From positions 1 to 54,841 of the forward strand of contig CAZYLP010000001.1 of NCBI GenBank assembly GCA_964648345.1: a DNA stretch of 54,841 bases. Reading direction: 5' to 3'. The DNA is from an uncultured Planctomycetota bacterium. GTDB taxonomy: Bacteria > Planctomycetota > J058 > JACQDU01. Position 1 is the first letter of the stretch, and the number at the start of each line of letters is the position of its first letter. The notes under the pieces were generated by a model. It saw nothing but the letters and a program-made list of their open reading frames with translations, did not search any database and was not told the DNA's origin. Position numbers and translations under genes: made by a program. This document shows positions 10,867-19,782 of the stretch, in pieces.

Positions 10867-11491
10867 CGCGGCGCGGCCCCTCTCGATCGGGCTCGACTTC
10901 GACAACACGGTCGTGATCTACGACCGGCTCCTCCACACCTGCGCGGTCGAACTCTACGGTATGCCGCGCGAGGTCCCCGCGGGCAAGAAGGCGATCCGCG
11001 GCTGGTTCTGGAGCCAGCCCGACGGCAACACGCCGTGGACCGAGCTCCAGGGGATCATGTACGGGACGCGGATCAGCGAGGCCGAGGTCGCGCCGGGCCT
11101 CGAGGACCTCCTCCTCGAGTGCGCGCGGCGCGGGGTCCGCGTCGGGATCGTGAGCCACAAGACGGAGTTCCCGGCGCTCGGACCGCGCGTGAGCCTCCGC
11201 GACGCGGCGCGCGGCTTCCTCGAGGCGCGAGGCTTCTTCACGCGACTCGGAGTCAAGCCGAAGGACGTCTTCTTCGAGGGCACGCTCCAGGCGAAGGTCG
11301 AGCGAGTCCAGACCGAGGGGCACGGAGCCTTCGTGGACGACCTCCCCGACGTCTTCCAGCACGCGAGCTTCCCCGCGGGCGTGACGAGGATCCTCTACGA
11401 CCCCGCGGGCGCGCACGAGGCGCTCCCCGGGGTTCAGGCGGGCCGGAGTTTCCGCGCGATCCAGGACCTCCTCCTCGGCCCCGCTCCGTGA
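10859..11491 (+). CDS. HAD-superfamily phosphatase
   Basis: DxDxT motif GLDFDNTVV at the N-terminus. The GTG start overlaps the upstream stop by 8 nt. Confidence 0.7.
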   Translation: MSSAARPLSIGLDFDNTVVIYDRLLHTCAVELYGMPREVPAGKKAIRGWFWSQPDGNTPWTELQGIMYGTRISEAEVAPGLEDLLLECARRGVRVGIVSHKTEFPALGPRVSLRDAARGFLEARGFFTRLGVKPKDVFFEGTLQAKVERVQTEGHGAFVDDLPDVFQHASFPAGVTRILYDPAGAHEALPGVQAGRSFRAIQDLLLGPAP

Positions 11492-12480
11492 TCGAGAAGG
11501 GCGCCGTCGAGGAGCTCCTCCACACGCGCCTCGACGCGCTCGAGCGCGTCGCGGGCGGCGGGAACAACCTCGCGCTCCGCGCGCGGGCGGGGGAGCGCTC
11601 CTGGCTCGTGAAGGGCTACGCGCACCACCCGGGCCGCGACGGCCGCGACCGCCTCGAGCGCGAATTCGGGCTCCTCTCGTTCCTCTGGCGCGAGGGCGTG
11701 CGCTGCGTGCCCGAGCCCGTCGCCGCATCCCTCGAGCGCTCGCTCGCCGTCTACTCCTGGATCGAGGGCGCGCGCCCCGCGCCGGGCGAGATCGGCGCCG
11801 CGGACGTGAGCGCGCTCGCACGCTTCCTGGGTTCGCTCTGGTCGCTCCGCGAGCGGACGGGCACGGCCGCGCTCCCCCTCGCCGCCGAGGCGACCTTCTC
11901 GCCGCGCGAGCTCGTGCAGGTCCTCGAGCGCCGCTTCGAGCGTCTCCGCGCCGACACCGAGAAGGACGAGCTCGGCCGCGAAGCGCTCTCCTTCGTGGAG
12001 GGCGACCTTTCTCGCGCCTTCGGCGAGGTGCGCGACCGCGTGCTCGGAGCAGCCGACGCCGACCTCCTCCTCCCGGTCACGGAGCGCACCCTGAGCCCGT
12101 CCGATCACGGCTTCCACAACGCGCTGAGGACGCCCTCGGGCTGGGTCTTCATCGACTTCGAGTACGGTGGCTGGGACGACCCCGCGAAGATGCTCGCGGA
12201 CGCCCTCCTCCAGCCCGCCGTGCCGATCCCGGCCGCGCTCGCGCGCGGCTTCCTCGACGAGACGATCGGTCTCATCGGGCGCGAGAGCGCGCTTTACGCG
12301 CGCTTGCGGCGTCTTTATCCTCTCTGGTCCATCAAATGGTGCCTCATCCTGCTGAACGAATTCTTGCCTCAAGGCCGCGAACGGCGGCGCCTCGCGGGCG
12401 GCGACCCGGCGCTCGACGCGCGGCCGGCCCAGCTCCGCAAGGCCCGTGTCGCGCTCGAACGGCGGCACGATGAGCTCTAG
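11488..12480 (+). CDS. Aminoglycoside/choline-kinase-like (APH fold) phosphotransferase
   Basis: Internal GTG of track ORF 11035..12480, overlapping the HAD stop (GTGA). Motifs SPSDHGFHNAL and FIDFEYGGWDDP. Confidence 0.75.
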   Translation: MIEKGAVEELLHTRLDALERVAGGGNNLALRARAGERSWLVKGYAHHPGRDGRDRLEREFGLLSFLWREGVRCVPEPVAASLERSLAVYSWIEGARPAPGEIGAADVSALARFLGSLWSLRERTGTAALPLAAEATFSPRELVQVLERRFERLRADTEKDELGREALSFVEGDLSRAFGEVRDRVLGAADADLLLPVTERTLSPSDHGFHNALRTPSGWVFIDFEYGGWDDPAKMLADALLQPAVPIPAALARGFLDETIGLIGRESALYARLRRLYPLWSIKWCLILLNEFLPQGRERRRLAGGDPALDARPAQLRKARVALERRHDEL

Positions 12481-13297
12481 CCGGACCGCCTTCGACGAGC
12501 GCTCGCTCGCGCTCCGCCGGCGCCTCATCGACATGCTCTCCCGCTCGCGGCGCGGTCACCTCGGCTCAGCGTTCTCGGTGACGGAGATCCTCCGCGTCCT
12601 CTACGACCACGTGCTCCGTTACGACGCGAAGAAGCCGCGCTGGGACGGACGGGACCGCTTCATCCTGAGCAAGGGGCACGGCTGCATGGCGCAGTACGTC
12701 CTCCTCGCGGAGAAGGGGTTCTTCCCCGAGGCGGAGCTCGACCGCTTCTGCGAGTTCGGGGCGCTCCTCGGGGGACACGTCGAGTTCGGGATCCCGGGCG
12801 TCGAGGTCTCGACCGGCTCCCTCGGCCACGGCCTCTCGGTCGCGGTCGGCATGGCTCTCGCCGCGCGTATCGACAAGAAGTCGCACCGCGTGATCGCGGT
12901 CCTCGGCGACGGCGAGTGCGAGGAGGGCTCCGTCTGGGAGGCCGCCCTCGGCGGCGCGAAGCACAAGCTCACGAACCTGACGGCGATCGTCGATCGCAAC
13001 GTCTTCCAGTGCTACGGGTCCACGGAAGAAGTGAGCGGCCTCGAGCCCTTCGCCGAGAAGTGGCGGAGCTTCGGCTGGGCCGTGAAGGAGTGCGACGGTC
13101 ACGACCCGGCCGCCCTCCGCGCGGCTCTCGAGCGTCTCCCGTTCGACGAAGGCAAGCCCGGGGTCCTCATCGCACGCACCGTGAAGGGGAAGGGCGTCTC
13201 CTTCATGGAGTGCAACCCCGACTGGCACCACACGAACAAGATCGCGGACGAAGAGCTCGCGCGCCTGCGCCGCGCGCTCGAGGAGGGGCGCGCGTGA
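12470..13297 (+). CDS. Transketolase, N-terminal (TPP-binding) subunit
   Basis: Motifs GHLGSAFS, SKGHG and GDGECEEG. The alternative upstream start at 12446 is in the same frame. Confidence 0.85.
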   Translation: MSSSRTAFDERSLALRRRLIDMLSRSRRGHLGSAFSVTEILRVLYDHVLRYDAKKPRWDGRDRFILSKGHGCMAQYVLLAEKGFFPEAELDRFCEFGALLGGHVEFGIPGVEVSTGSLGHGLSVAVGMALAARIDKKSHRVIAVLGDGECEEGSVWEAALGGAKHKLTNLTAIVDRNVFQCYGSTEEVSGLEPFAEKWRSFGWAVKECDGHDPAALRAALERLPFDEGKPGVLIARTVKGKGVSFMECNPDWHHTNKIADEELARLRRALEEGRA

Positions 13298-14223
13298 GAC
13301 GCACGATCCTCCGCGGCGTCCACGAGCTCGCGAAGCGCGACCCGCGGGTCGTCTTCCTCGGCTCCGACATCTCGAAGCGCGACCTCGAGGGCATGGCCTC
13401 CGAGTTCCCCGACCGCTTCATCATGGAGGGCGTCTCCGAGGGCCACCTCGTCGGCTTCGCGGCCGGCCTCGCCTTCGAGGGGAAGGTCGTCTACTTCAAC
13501 ACGATCGCGACCTTCCTCACGCGGCGCTGCTTCGACCAGATCGTGATCGACCTCTGCCTCCACAAGCTCCCGGTCCGCCTCATCGCGAGCGGCGGCGGCA
13601 CGGTCTACGCGCCGCTCGGCCCGACGCACCTCGCCGTCGAGGACATGGCGATCCTCCGCGCGCTCCCGAACATGACGATCGTCGTCCCCTCGGACGCCGA
13701 GGAGATGAAGCGCTTCATCCCGGAGAGCCTCGACTGGCCCGGGCCGATCTACATCCGCCTCGCCAAGGGCGGCGACAAGGTGATCCCGCACGACGGGAAG
13801 CCCTTCAAGATCGGCCAGGCGGTCGCACTCCGCGAAGGCAAGGACGCGCTCCTCGTCTCGACGGGGGCGGCGACGGCGATCACGCTCGACGCCGCCCAGC
13901 GCCTCGAGGCGCGCGGCGTGCGCACGGCCGTCCTCCACGCGCACACGATCAAGCCGCTCGACAGGAAGGCGATCGTCGAGCGCGCGGCCGAGGCGCGCGC
14001 TGTCGTCGTCGTCGAGGAGGGCACCATGCTCGGCGGCCTCGGCGGCGCCGTCGCCGAGGTCCTCGCCGAAGCCCGGCTCGCGCGGCCGCTCCGCTTCGCG
14101 CGCGTGGGCCTCCCCGACCACTTCCTCGAGCACTACGGCTCGCAGGCCCAGATCATGGGCCACTACGGGATCACGCCCGAGGGCATCGAGGGCAAGGTCC
14201 TCGAGCTGCTCGAGCCCGCATGA
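13294..14223 (+). CDS. Transketolase, C-terminal (pyrimidine-binding) subunit
   Basis: GTG 13294 overlaps the upstream TGA. Motifs FIMEGVSEGHLVGFAAGLA, GPTHLAVEDMAILRALPNM and HTIKPLD. Confidence 0.85.
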   Translation: MRRTILRGVHELAKRDPRVVFLGSDISKRDLEGMASEFPDRFIMEGVSEGHLVGFAAGLAFEGKVVYFNTIATFLTRRCFDQIVIDLCLHKLPVRLIASGGGTVYAPLGPTHLAVEDMAILRALPNMTIVVPSDAEEMKRFIPESLDWPGPIYIRLAKGGDKVIPHDGKPFKIGQAVALREGKDALLVSTGAATAITLDAAQRLEARGVRTAVLHAHTIKPLDRKAIVERAAEARAVVVVEEGTMLGGLGGAVAEVLAEARLARPLRFARVGLPDHFLEHYGSQAQIMGHYGITPEGIEGKVLELLEPA

Positions 14224-15269
14224 AGACCCTCGCCGCGATCCTCGTCGCGCAGCGCTCGCCGCTCGTCGTGGAAGAGGTCGAGGTCCCCGAGCCCACCTTC
14301 GGGCAGACGCTCGTCCGGATCGAGCGGAGCGGGATCTGCGGCTCGCAGCTCGGCGAGATCGACGGCGTGAAGGGCGAGGACAAGTACCTCCCGCACCTCC
14401 TGGGCCACGAAGGAGTCGGCGTCGTCGAGGCGGTCGGCCCGTGCGTCACGACCGTCAAGCCGGGCGACCGCGTCGTCCTCCACTGGCGTCCCGGCCTGGG
14501 CGCGGAGAGTCCGACGCCCTCCTACCTCTGGAAGGGCAAGAAGCTGAACGCGGGGCGCGTCACGACTTTCCAGGGGCACGCGGTCGTCTCGGAGAACCGC
14601 CTCACCAAGGTCCCCCACGACCTCGACGCGGGGTCGGCCGTCCTCTACGGCTGCGCGCTCCTCACCGCCTACGGCGTCCTCGCGAACGACGCGCGCCTCA
14701 AGCTCGGAGAGTCGCTCGTGATCCTCGGCGCGGGCGGTGTGGGGCAGAGTCTCGTCCTCCTCGCGAAGCTCGCGGGGGCGCACCCGATCGTCGCGGTGGA
14801 CCTCTATCCCTCGAAGCTCGAGCTCGCGCGCAAGCTCGGCGCCACGCACACCGTCTGCAACAAGGACGGCGACCCGCGCTCCGGGATCCTCTCCGTGGTG
14901 GGGCAGGGGGGCGCCGACGTCGTCGTCGAGAACACGGGCGTCCTCCCCGTCATGCAGCTCGCGTGCGACGTGACTACCGCGAAGGGCCGTACGATCCTCG
15001 TCGGCGTCCCGCGCCACGACGTGCGCCTGCCGATCGACACCATGCCACTCCACTTCGGGAAGGTGCTCACCGGCTCGCACGGCGGCGACGCGTCCCCCGA
15101 GGTCGACATCCCGCGTCTCGCGCGGCTCCAGGGGACGGGGCGGCTCGACCCGCGCCCGCTCCTCACGCACGAGGTCGACCTCGCGCGGATCAACGAGGGG
15201 ATCGCCCTCGTCCGCTCGGGCGAGGCCGCGCGCTGCTCCGTGCGGACGGGTAACGTCGCTGGGAGATGA
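14220..15269 (+). CDS. Zn-dependent medium-chain alcohol dehydrogenase family oxidoreductase
   Basis: Motifs GICGSQ, GHEGVGVVEAVG and ILGAGGVG. ATGA overlap with the upstream gene. Confidence 0.85.
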   Translation: MKTLAAILVAQRSPLVVEEVEVPEPTFGQTLVRIERSGICGSQLGEIDGVKGEDKYLPHLLGHEGVGVVEAVGPCVTTVKPGDRVVLHWRPGLGAESPTPSYLWKGKKLNAGRVTTFQGHAVVSENRLTKVPHDLDAGSAVLYGCALLTAYGVLANDARLKLGESLVILGAGGVGQSLVLLAKLAGAHPIVAVDLYPSKLELARKLGATHTVCNKDGDPRSGILSVVGQGGADVVVENTGVLPVMQLACDVTTAKGRTILVGVPRHDVRLPIDTMPLHFGKVLTGSHGGDASPEVDIPRLARLQGTGRLDPRPLLTHEVDLARINEGIALVRSGEAARCSVRTGNVAGR

Positions 15270-15934
15270 CGATGGGCAGACTCCTGAATCTCGTGACTCC
15301 GCTGCACCGCAGGGCCAAACGGAACTACGTCGAGCGCATGGTCGACGACAAGGTCCGTTGCATGCTCAAGGCGAAGGAGTACGAGCTCGACTACTGGGAC
15401 GGTGATCGGCGCTACGGCTACGGCGGCTACAAGTACGACGGAAGGTGGAAGCCCGTCGCGGAGAAGCTGATCGAGACCTACGGCCTCGGGCCCGACGCGA
15501 AGATCCTGGACGTGGGGTGCGGCAAGGCACACCTCCTCCACGAGCTGCACCAGCTCCTGCCGAGAGCCGAGGTCTCGGGGTTCGATGTCTCGCGGCACGG
15601 CCTCGCCGACGCCCCCGAGGGCATCCGCGGCAGCCTCTTCCGGCACCGAGCTCAGGACCCTTATCCCTGGGGGGACCATCACTTCGACCTGGTCCTGTCG
15701 CTCGCCTGCCTCCACAACCTGCGCATCTTCGAGCTCAAGAGCGCCCTCGAGGAGATCGAGCGTGTCGGCAAGCAGAAGTACGTCATGGTCGAGAGCTACC
15801 GGAACGAGCAAGAGCTCTTCAACCTCGAGTGCTGGGCGCTCACCGCCGAGGCCTTCTTCGACACCACGGCGTGGATCTGGCTCTTCAACCACTTCGGCTA
15901 CACCGGCGACTACGAGTTCATCTACTTCGAGTGA
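15266..15934 (+). CDS. Class I SAM-dependent methyltransferase
   Basis: Motifs ILDVGCGKAHLL and FDLVLSLACLHNL. ATGA overlap with the upstream gene. Confidence 0.8.
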   Translation: MTMGRLLNLVTPLHRRAKRNYVERMVDDKVRCMLKAKEYELDYWDGDRRYGYGGYKYDGRWKPVAEKLIETYGLGPDAKILDVGCGKAHLLHELHQLLPRAEVSGFDVSRHGLADAPEGIRGSLFRHRAQDPYPWGDHHFDLVLSLACLHNLRIFELKSALEEIERVGKQKYVMVESYRNEQELFNLECWALTAEAFFDTTAWIWLFNHFGYTGDYEFIYFE

Positions 15935-17063
15935 GGTCCTCGCGCTCCGCGACGAGCCTCCGGTACTCCCCCCTCGCCTGCTCGAGCTCGACCCTGCCGC
16001 GTAGATAGATCGGAAGACCCAGGAGACCGGCCGCGATCAAGAACAAGCGGAAGAGGACGAACGCCTCGGCTCCGCCCGTGACCGGGTCGCCCGCCGAGGT
16101 GCGACAGAGGCGGAGGGTCGTCTCGAAGGCGACCTCGCCCACGCCGAGCCCTCCGCCTGGGACGGGTAGCTGGTTCGCCAGGAGCGCGGCGGGAGCGGCG
16201 AAGAGGACGTCGACGAGGGTCGCCGGGGAGACGGTCCGGGTGAGGAAGTACAGCGTCGAGAGCGTGCCGGCCTGGACGACGAGCGAGAGCGCGAGCGCGA
16301 GGGCCAAGGTCCCGAGCGCTCCCTGGTAGGCGAGCACGGCCTGGACGAGGCCCATGATCTGGCCACCGAGGGGAACCTGGCGACGCACGAAGCCCTCGAG
16401 CGTTCTGCCCGGCTGGCAGCTGGGAACGACCGCGACGGACCCGAGCGAGACCAGGGCGGCGACCCCGAGCGCGAGGGCATCCGGTCTCGAGAAGACGCCC
16501 CCCTGGGCGACGATGCAGACGCTGGCCGAGAGAGAGACGAGCCAGGCGAGGACGCCCGCGGCGCGGCCCCGGGCGAGGGCGATCCCGCTCGCGAGCACCG
16601 AGAGGCTGATCGTGCCGAGCACGCCGAAGGTGACGAGCCTGAGCTCTCTGACCCCGTCCGCGGACCCCGCACCACTCCGGTCGAGGAGGAACGCGCCACA
16701 GCCCAGCAAGAACAGCGCGAGGAGACTCAGGGCACGGTCCATCATGACGCTGGCGGCCGGCCTCGAGAGTTCGTGGGTGCCATGAGCGAGGTACGCCACC
16801 TTGACGACATCTCCCCCCACGCCACCCAGGAGGAACGTGTTGAAGAAGGCCCCGATCAGGCCGAGCTTCAGGACCTCCCGGAGCCTGAGCGAGAGCCCGA
16901 GGGCGCGCAGGAGCAGCCAGTGCCGGATCGACACGAGGCCGATCACAGCGAGGATGCACAGGAAGGCCAGGCCGTAAGAAGGCAGCATCTCCCAGGTCGG
17001 CCTCAGACGGCGCGCGTCGAGTCTCCCCGAGGATACGAGGTGAGTGAGGATGCCGATCACCAC
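15918..17063 (-). CDS. Flippase-like polytopic membrane protein (lysyl-PG-synthase transmembrane region / UPF0104-like)
   Basis: 381-aa hydrophobic ORF with motif GGVGGDVVKVAYL. GTG start. The 3' end overlaps the convergent gene by 17 nt. Confidence 0.65.
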   Translation of the reverse strand: MVIGILTHLVSSGRLDARRLRPTWEMLPSYGLAFLCILAVIGLVSIRHWLLLRALGLSLRLREVLKLGLIGAFFNTFLLGGVGGDVVKVAYLAHGTHELSRPAASVMMDRALSLLALFLLGCGAFLLDRSGAGSADGVRELRLVTFGVLGTISLSVLASGIALARGRAAGVLAWLVSLSASVCIVAQGGVFSRPDALALGVAALVSLGSVAVVPSCQPGRTLEGFVRRQVPLGGQIMGLVQAVLAYQGALGTLALALALSLVVQAGTLSTLYFLTRTVSPATLVDVLFAAPAALLANQLPVPGGGLGVGEVAFETTLRLCRTSAGDPVTGGAEAFVLFRLFLIAAGLLGLPIYLRGRVELEQARGEYRRLVAEREDLTRSR

Positions 17064-17132
17064 CGCCCATTTGACGATCGAAAACAGCGTGGTTCGACGC
17101 GAGGCGCTCGGCAGACGTGACGCTCCACTTTC

Positions 17133-17942
17133 ATGAGAACATCGGGGATCGCGGATTGGAACGCGCGGATCCGAGCGCTAAGATCTCCCCTCCCCGGAGA
17201 GACGCATTTGGTCGAGAAGCCTGAGGAGCACTGGGAGCGGGCGGGTCAGGTTGGTTACGCCGCGGCGATGTACGCCTCCGAGAGCGTCGCCGATCACGTG
17301 ATCCGCCGCGTCGCCGACGAGGCCATGGCCACGTCGACCCGGATCGGCCTCGCCTCGACGCACCGGGTGCTCGAGCTGGGCTGCGGAGACGGCTCCTTCG
17401 CGATCGAGCGGCTCGCCCCCGCCTTCGCCGAGGTCCGAGCGTTCGACCTGTCGCGCGCCGCCATCGAGCGGGCGTCCGCGGCCGCCGCGCACTTGCCCCA
17501 CGTCCGCTTCGAGGCGAACGACATAAGCAACATGGACCTCGACGCGCTCGGCTCGTTCGACGGCGCCTTCCTCATGGGCATCCTCCACCACGTGAAACCT
17601 CACGTGGAGAAGCTCCTCCGCGGTCTCGCGCGTATCGCGCCCCGCGTCGTTGTGCTCGAGCCGAACGGAGACCACCTTCTGAGGAAGCTCCTCGAGCTAA
17701 CGCCGAGCTACCGGCGCGCGGGCGAGGACAGCTTCACCGAGCGCGAGCTGAACGCGCTGTTCGTTCGGACGGGCTACGAGGTGCGCACCCGGCGCCGCAT
17801 GAACCTCTTCCCGAACTTCACGCCGCGTTTCGCCTTCAGGCTGCTCCGGGGGGTCGAGTCGCGCATCGAGAAGAGCCGCGTGCTGAACGCCCTGTGCACG
17901 GCGAACGTCGTGGGCCTCGTGCGATCCGATGCACACCGCTGA
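17133..17942 (+). CDS. Class I SAM-dependent methyltransferase
   Basis: Motifs VLELGCGDGSF and FLMGILHHV. Confidence 0.8.
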   Translation: MRTSGIADWNARIRALRSPLPGETHLVEKPEEHWERAGQVGYAAAMYASESVADHVIRRVADEAMATSTRIGLASTHRVLELGCGDGSFAIERLAPAFAEVRAFDLSRAAIERASAAAAHLPHVRFEANDISNMDLDALGSFDGAFLMGILHHVKPHVEKLLRGLARIAPRVVVLEPNGDHLLRKLLELTPSYRRAGEDSFTERELNALFVRTGYEVRTRRRMNLFPNFTPRFAFRLLRGVESRIEKSRVLNALCTANVVGLVRSDAHR

Positions 17943-19782
17943 GCTCACGTCCGACGCCTTCGTCTCCCAGATCGAGCAGTGCACATCCCCCGAGTCGATC
18001 GAGCACGAGATCCTCCGCCTGACCGACGGGATGGCCGTCACGCGCGGTCACCACGAGAGCGTCGTGCCCGGCCAGGTGAACGACATCGAGTGGAACGCGT
18101 TCGACCTCTGGCACCGGGTGTTCGTGCACAACACCTACCTCGAGAGCATGAACGTCATGCGCGGCAAGCATTTCGCCGTGCAGCTCACCCGGCTCGGCCG
18201 CCTGCCGATCTACACGATGGTCGCGAACGCGAAGATCGCGCCGGGGCTCATCTACCAGTGCATGGAAGTCCTCGGGGTCCTCTACGTCCACCAGATCGTG
18301 CGCCTCGAACAGGAGGAAGCCCGGGTACGGATCGTGATCGACTGGTTCACGGCCTCGCACGGGTTCTTCCGGTTCGCCCACGGCTTCTTCAACAGACGCC
18401 TCCTCAAGCTCCAGCGGCAGCAGGACGCCGAGGACCTCCAGATCCGCGCGCGACGCTGGGAGCTGAGGCGCCGGGGATACCGATTCACGACCGACGACCC
18501 GGACTTCATCAATTCGAACACCCTGACCGACAACGTCGTGCTTCCCTCTCTCGCGGATCCGGTGCGCAAGCGCCTCTCGGAGATCCCCGCGGGACGCGTC
18601 GAGCGCATCGCCGCCGGTCCCGTCGAGCTCCTCGTCGAGAAGGCCCCTGGCGGTGTCAAGGTCTGGCCGGGGGTCTGCCCGCACGAGGGTGCGACGCTTG
18701 AGGGCTGCCACCGTCGCGACAACGTGCTCCACTGCCCCTGGCACGGTCGGCGTTTCAAGGCCGCGACGTTGGCGGCCGATGGTCAGGGCGAATCGACGTG
18801 GACCTTCCTCGGTCTGTCGGTCCGCCTCGAAGGAGAGGACCTCGTCATCTCGGACGCGCGCGAGCCGTCGAACGGAAACGGCGGTCGGGGCGCGACGTCG
18901 CCGGCGCTCCGAGGGACGCGCCCTCCGACGCGCGAGCCGCGTCGCGTCTGGAGTTCGAGACGAGCCGCGGTCGCCCCGAGCGTCGCGCCCACTCCGAGCG
19001 CCCCTCCGCCGGTCGCGACCGGCGCGGTCGACGTGACCCTCTTCGTCGCCTGCTACAACGAGGAAGAGAACATCGTCCGCACTCTCGACACCGTGTTCGC
19101 CGCGCTCGCCGAGGTGACTTGCCGGGCCGAGGTCCTCGTCATCGACGACGCCTCTCAGGACGACTCGGTCGCCCGGGTGCGCGAGTACCAGGCGCGACAC
19201 CCGGACCGCCCCGTCAGGCTGATCGTGAACGAGGTCAACCTCGGCCTCGCCCAGAACTACATCGAGGGAGCCTTCCTCGGCCGCGGCGAGTACTACCGCC
19301 TGATCTGCGGCGACGATGTCGAGCCCAAGGAGACCTTCGTCGCCGTCCTCGAGAACCTGGGCCGGGCGGACATGGTGATCCCGTATCAGGTCGCGTGCCC
19401 GGGCCGGACGCGGTTCCGCCGGCTCCTCTCGAAGACGTTCACCTTCCTCGTGAACACGCTCACCGGAAACAAGATCCGCTACTACAACGGCCTCGCGCTC
19501 CACAAGCGGTACAACGTCATGCGGTGGCACACCGACTACAGGGGGTTCGGCTTCCAGGCCGACCTCGTGACGCGCCTCCTCGAGCGGGGAGCGAGCTACG
19601 TCGAGATCCCCGTCACGGCGCGCGAGCGGCTGACGGGGCAGTCCAAGGCGCTGACCCTCCACAACGTCTTCTCCGTCGCTCACATGCTCCTCGACCTCTT
19701 CATCCGCCGGGTCGGGAGGCTCGTCTACCGCCGCCGGTTGTCGAAGCCGGGCAAGGCCCTCGGGGACCGTCCGAGCGCGTGA
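17929..19782 (+). CDS. Three-part fusion: N-terminal domain with an oxygenase-like iron motif, a Rieske [2Fe-2S] domain, a Pro/Arg-rich linker and a GT2 glycosyltransferase domain
   Basis: A single 617-aa ORF with no internal stop. E-x4-D-x2-H-x4-H at 18088-18129. CPH-x16-CPWH at 18676-18744. GT2 motifs LFVACYNEEENI and VIDDASQDDS from about 19030. Confidence 0.75.
   Translation: MHTAELTSDAFVSQIEQCTSPESIEHEILRLTDGMAVTRGHHESVVPGQVNDIEWNAFDLWHRVFVHNTYLESMNVMRGKHFAVQLTRLGRLPIYTMVANAKIAPGLIYQCMEVLGVLYVHQIVRLEQEEARVRIVIDWFTASHGFFRFAHGFFNRRLLKLQRQQDAEDLQIRARRWELRRRGYRFTTDDPDFINSNTLTDNVVLPSLADPVRKRLSEIPAGRVERIAAGPVELLVEKAPGGVKVWPGVCPHEGATLEGCHRRDNVLHCPWHGRRFKAATLAADGQGESTWTFLGLSVRLEGEDLVISDAREPSNGNGGRGATSPALRGTRPPTREPRRVWSSRRAAVAPSVAPTPSAPPPVATGAVDVTLFVACYNEEENIVRTLDTVFAALAEVTCRAEVLVIDDASQDDSVARVREYQARHPDRPVRLIVNEVNLGLAQNYIEGAFLGRGEYYRLICGDDVEPKETFVAVLENLGRADMVIPYQVACPGRTRFRRLLSKTFTFLVNTLTGNKIRYYNGLALHKRYNVMRWHTDYRGFGFQADLVTRLLERGASYVEIPVTARERLTGQSKALTLHNVFSVAHMLLDLFIRRVGRLVYRRRLSKPGKALGDRPSA

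Noticed and set aside
8698-10908. 736-aa ORF antisense to the nucleotidyltransferase-kinase and SIS genes
   Set aside because: The composition is dominated by Arg/Asp/Glu/Val/Gly with no motifs. The opposite strand encodes proteins with clear catalytic motifs. The open frame is a consequence of GC3-rich coding on the other strand.
12470-14223. The split transketolase as ordinary pentose-phosphate-pathway genes
   Set aside because: The two subunit genes are chained by 4-nt overlaps to glycan-pathway genes on both sides. I treat them as pathway-dedicated, though this remains an inference.
18880-19030. Pro/Arg/Ala-rich stretch between the Rieske and GT2 parts as a gene boundary or a sequencing frameshift
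   Set aside because: The frame has no stop codon, and both flanking domains are in the same frame. I kept it as a linker in a fusion protein, although a separate internal start for the GT2 part cannot be excluded.
18798-19778. N-terminal 327 codons of track ORF 18798..22361
   Set aside because: This Arg/Pro-rich sequence lies out of frame over the GT2 domain of 17929..19782. The hydrophobic protein begins at GTG 19779, exactly at a GTGA junction.
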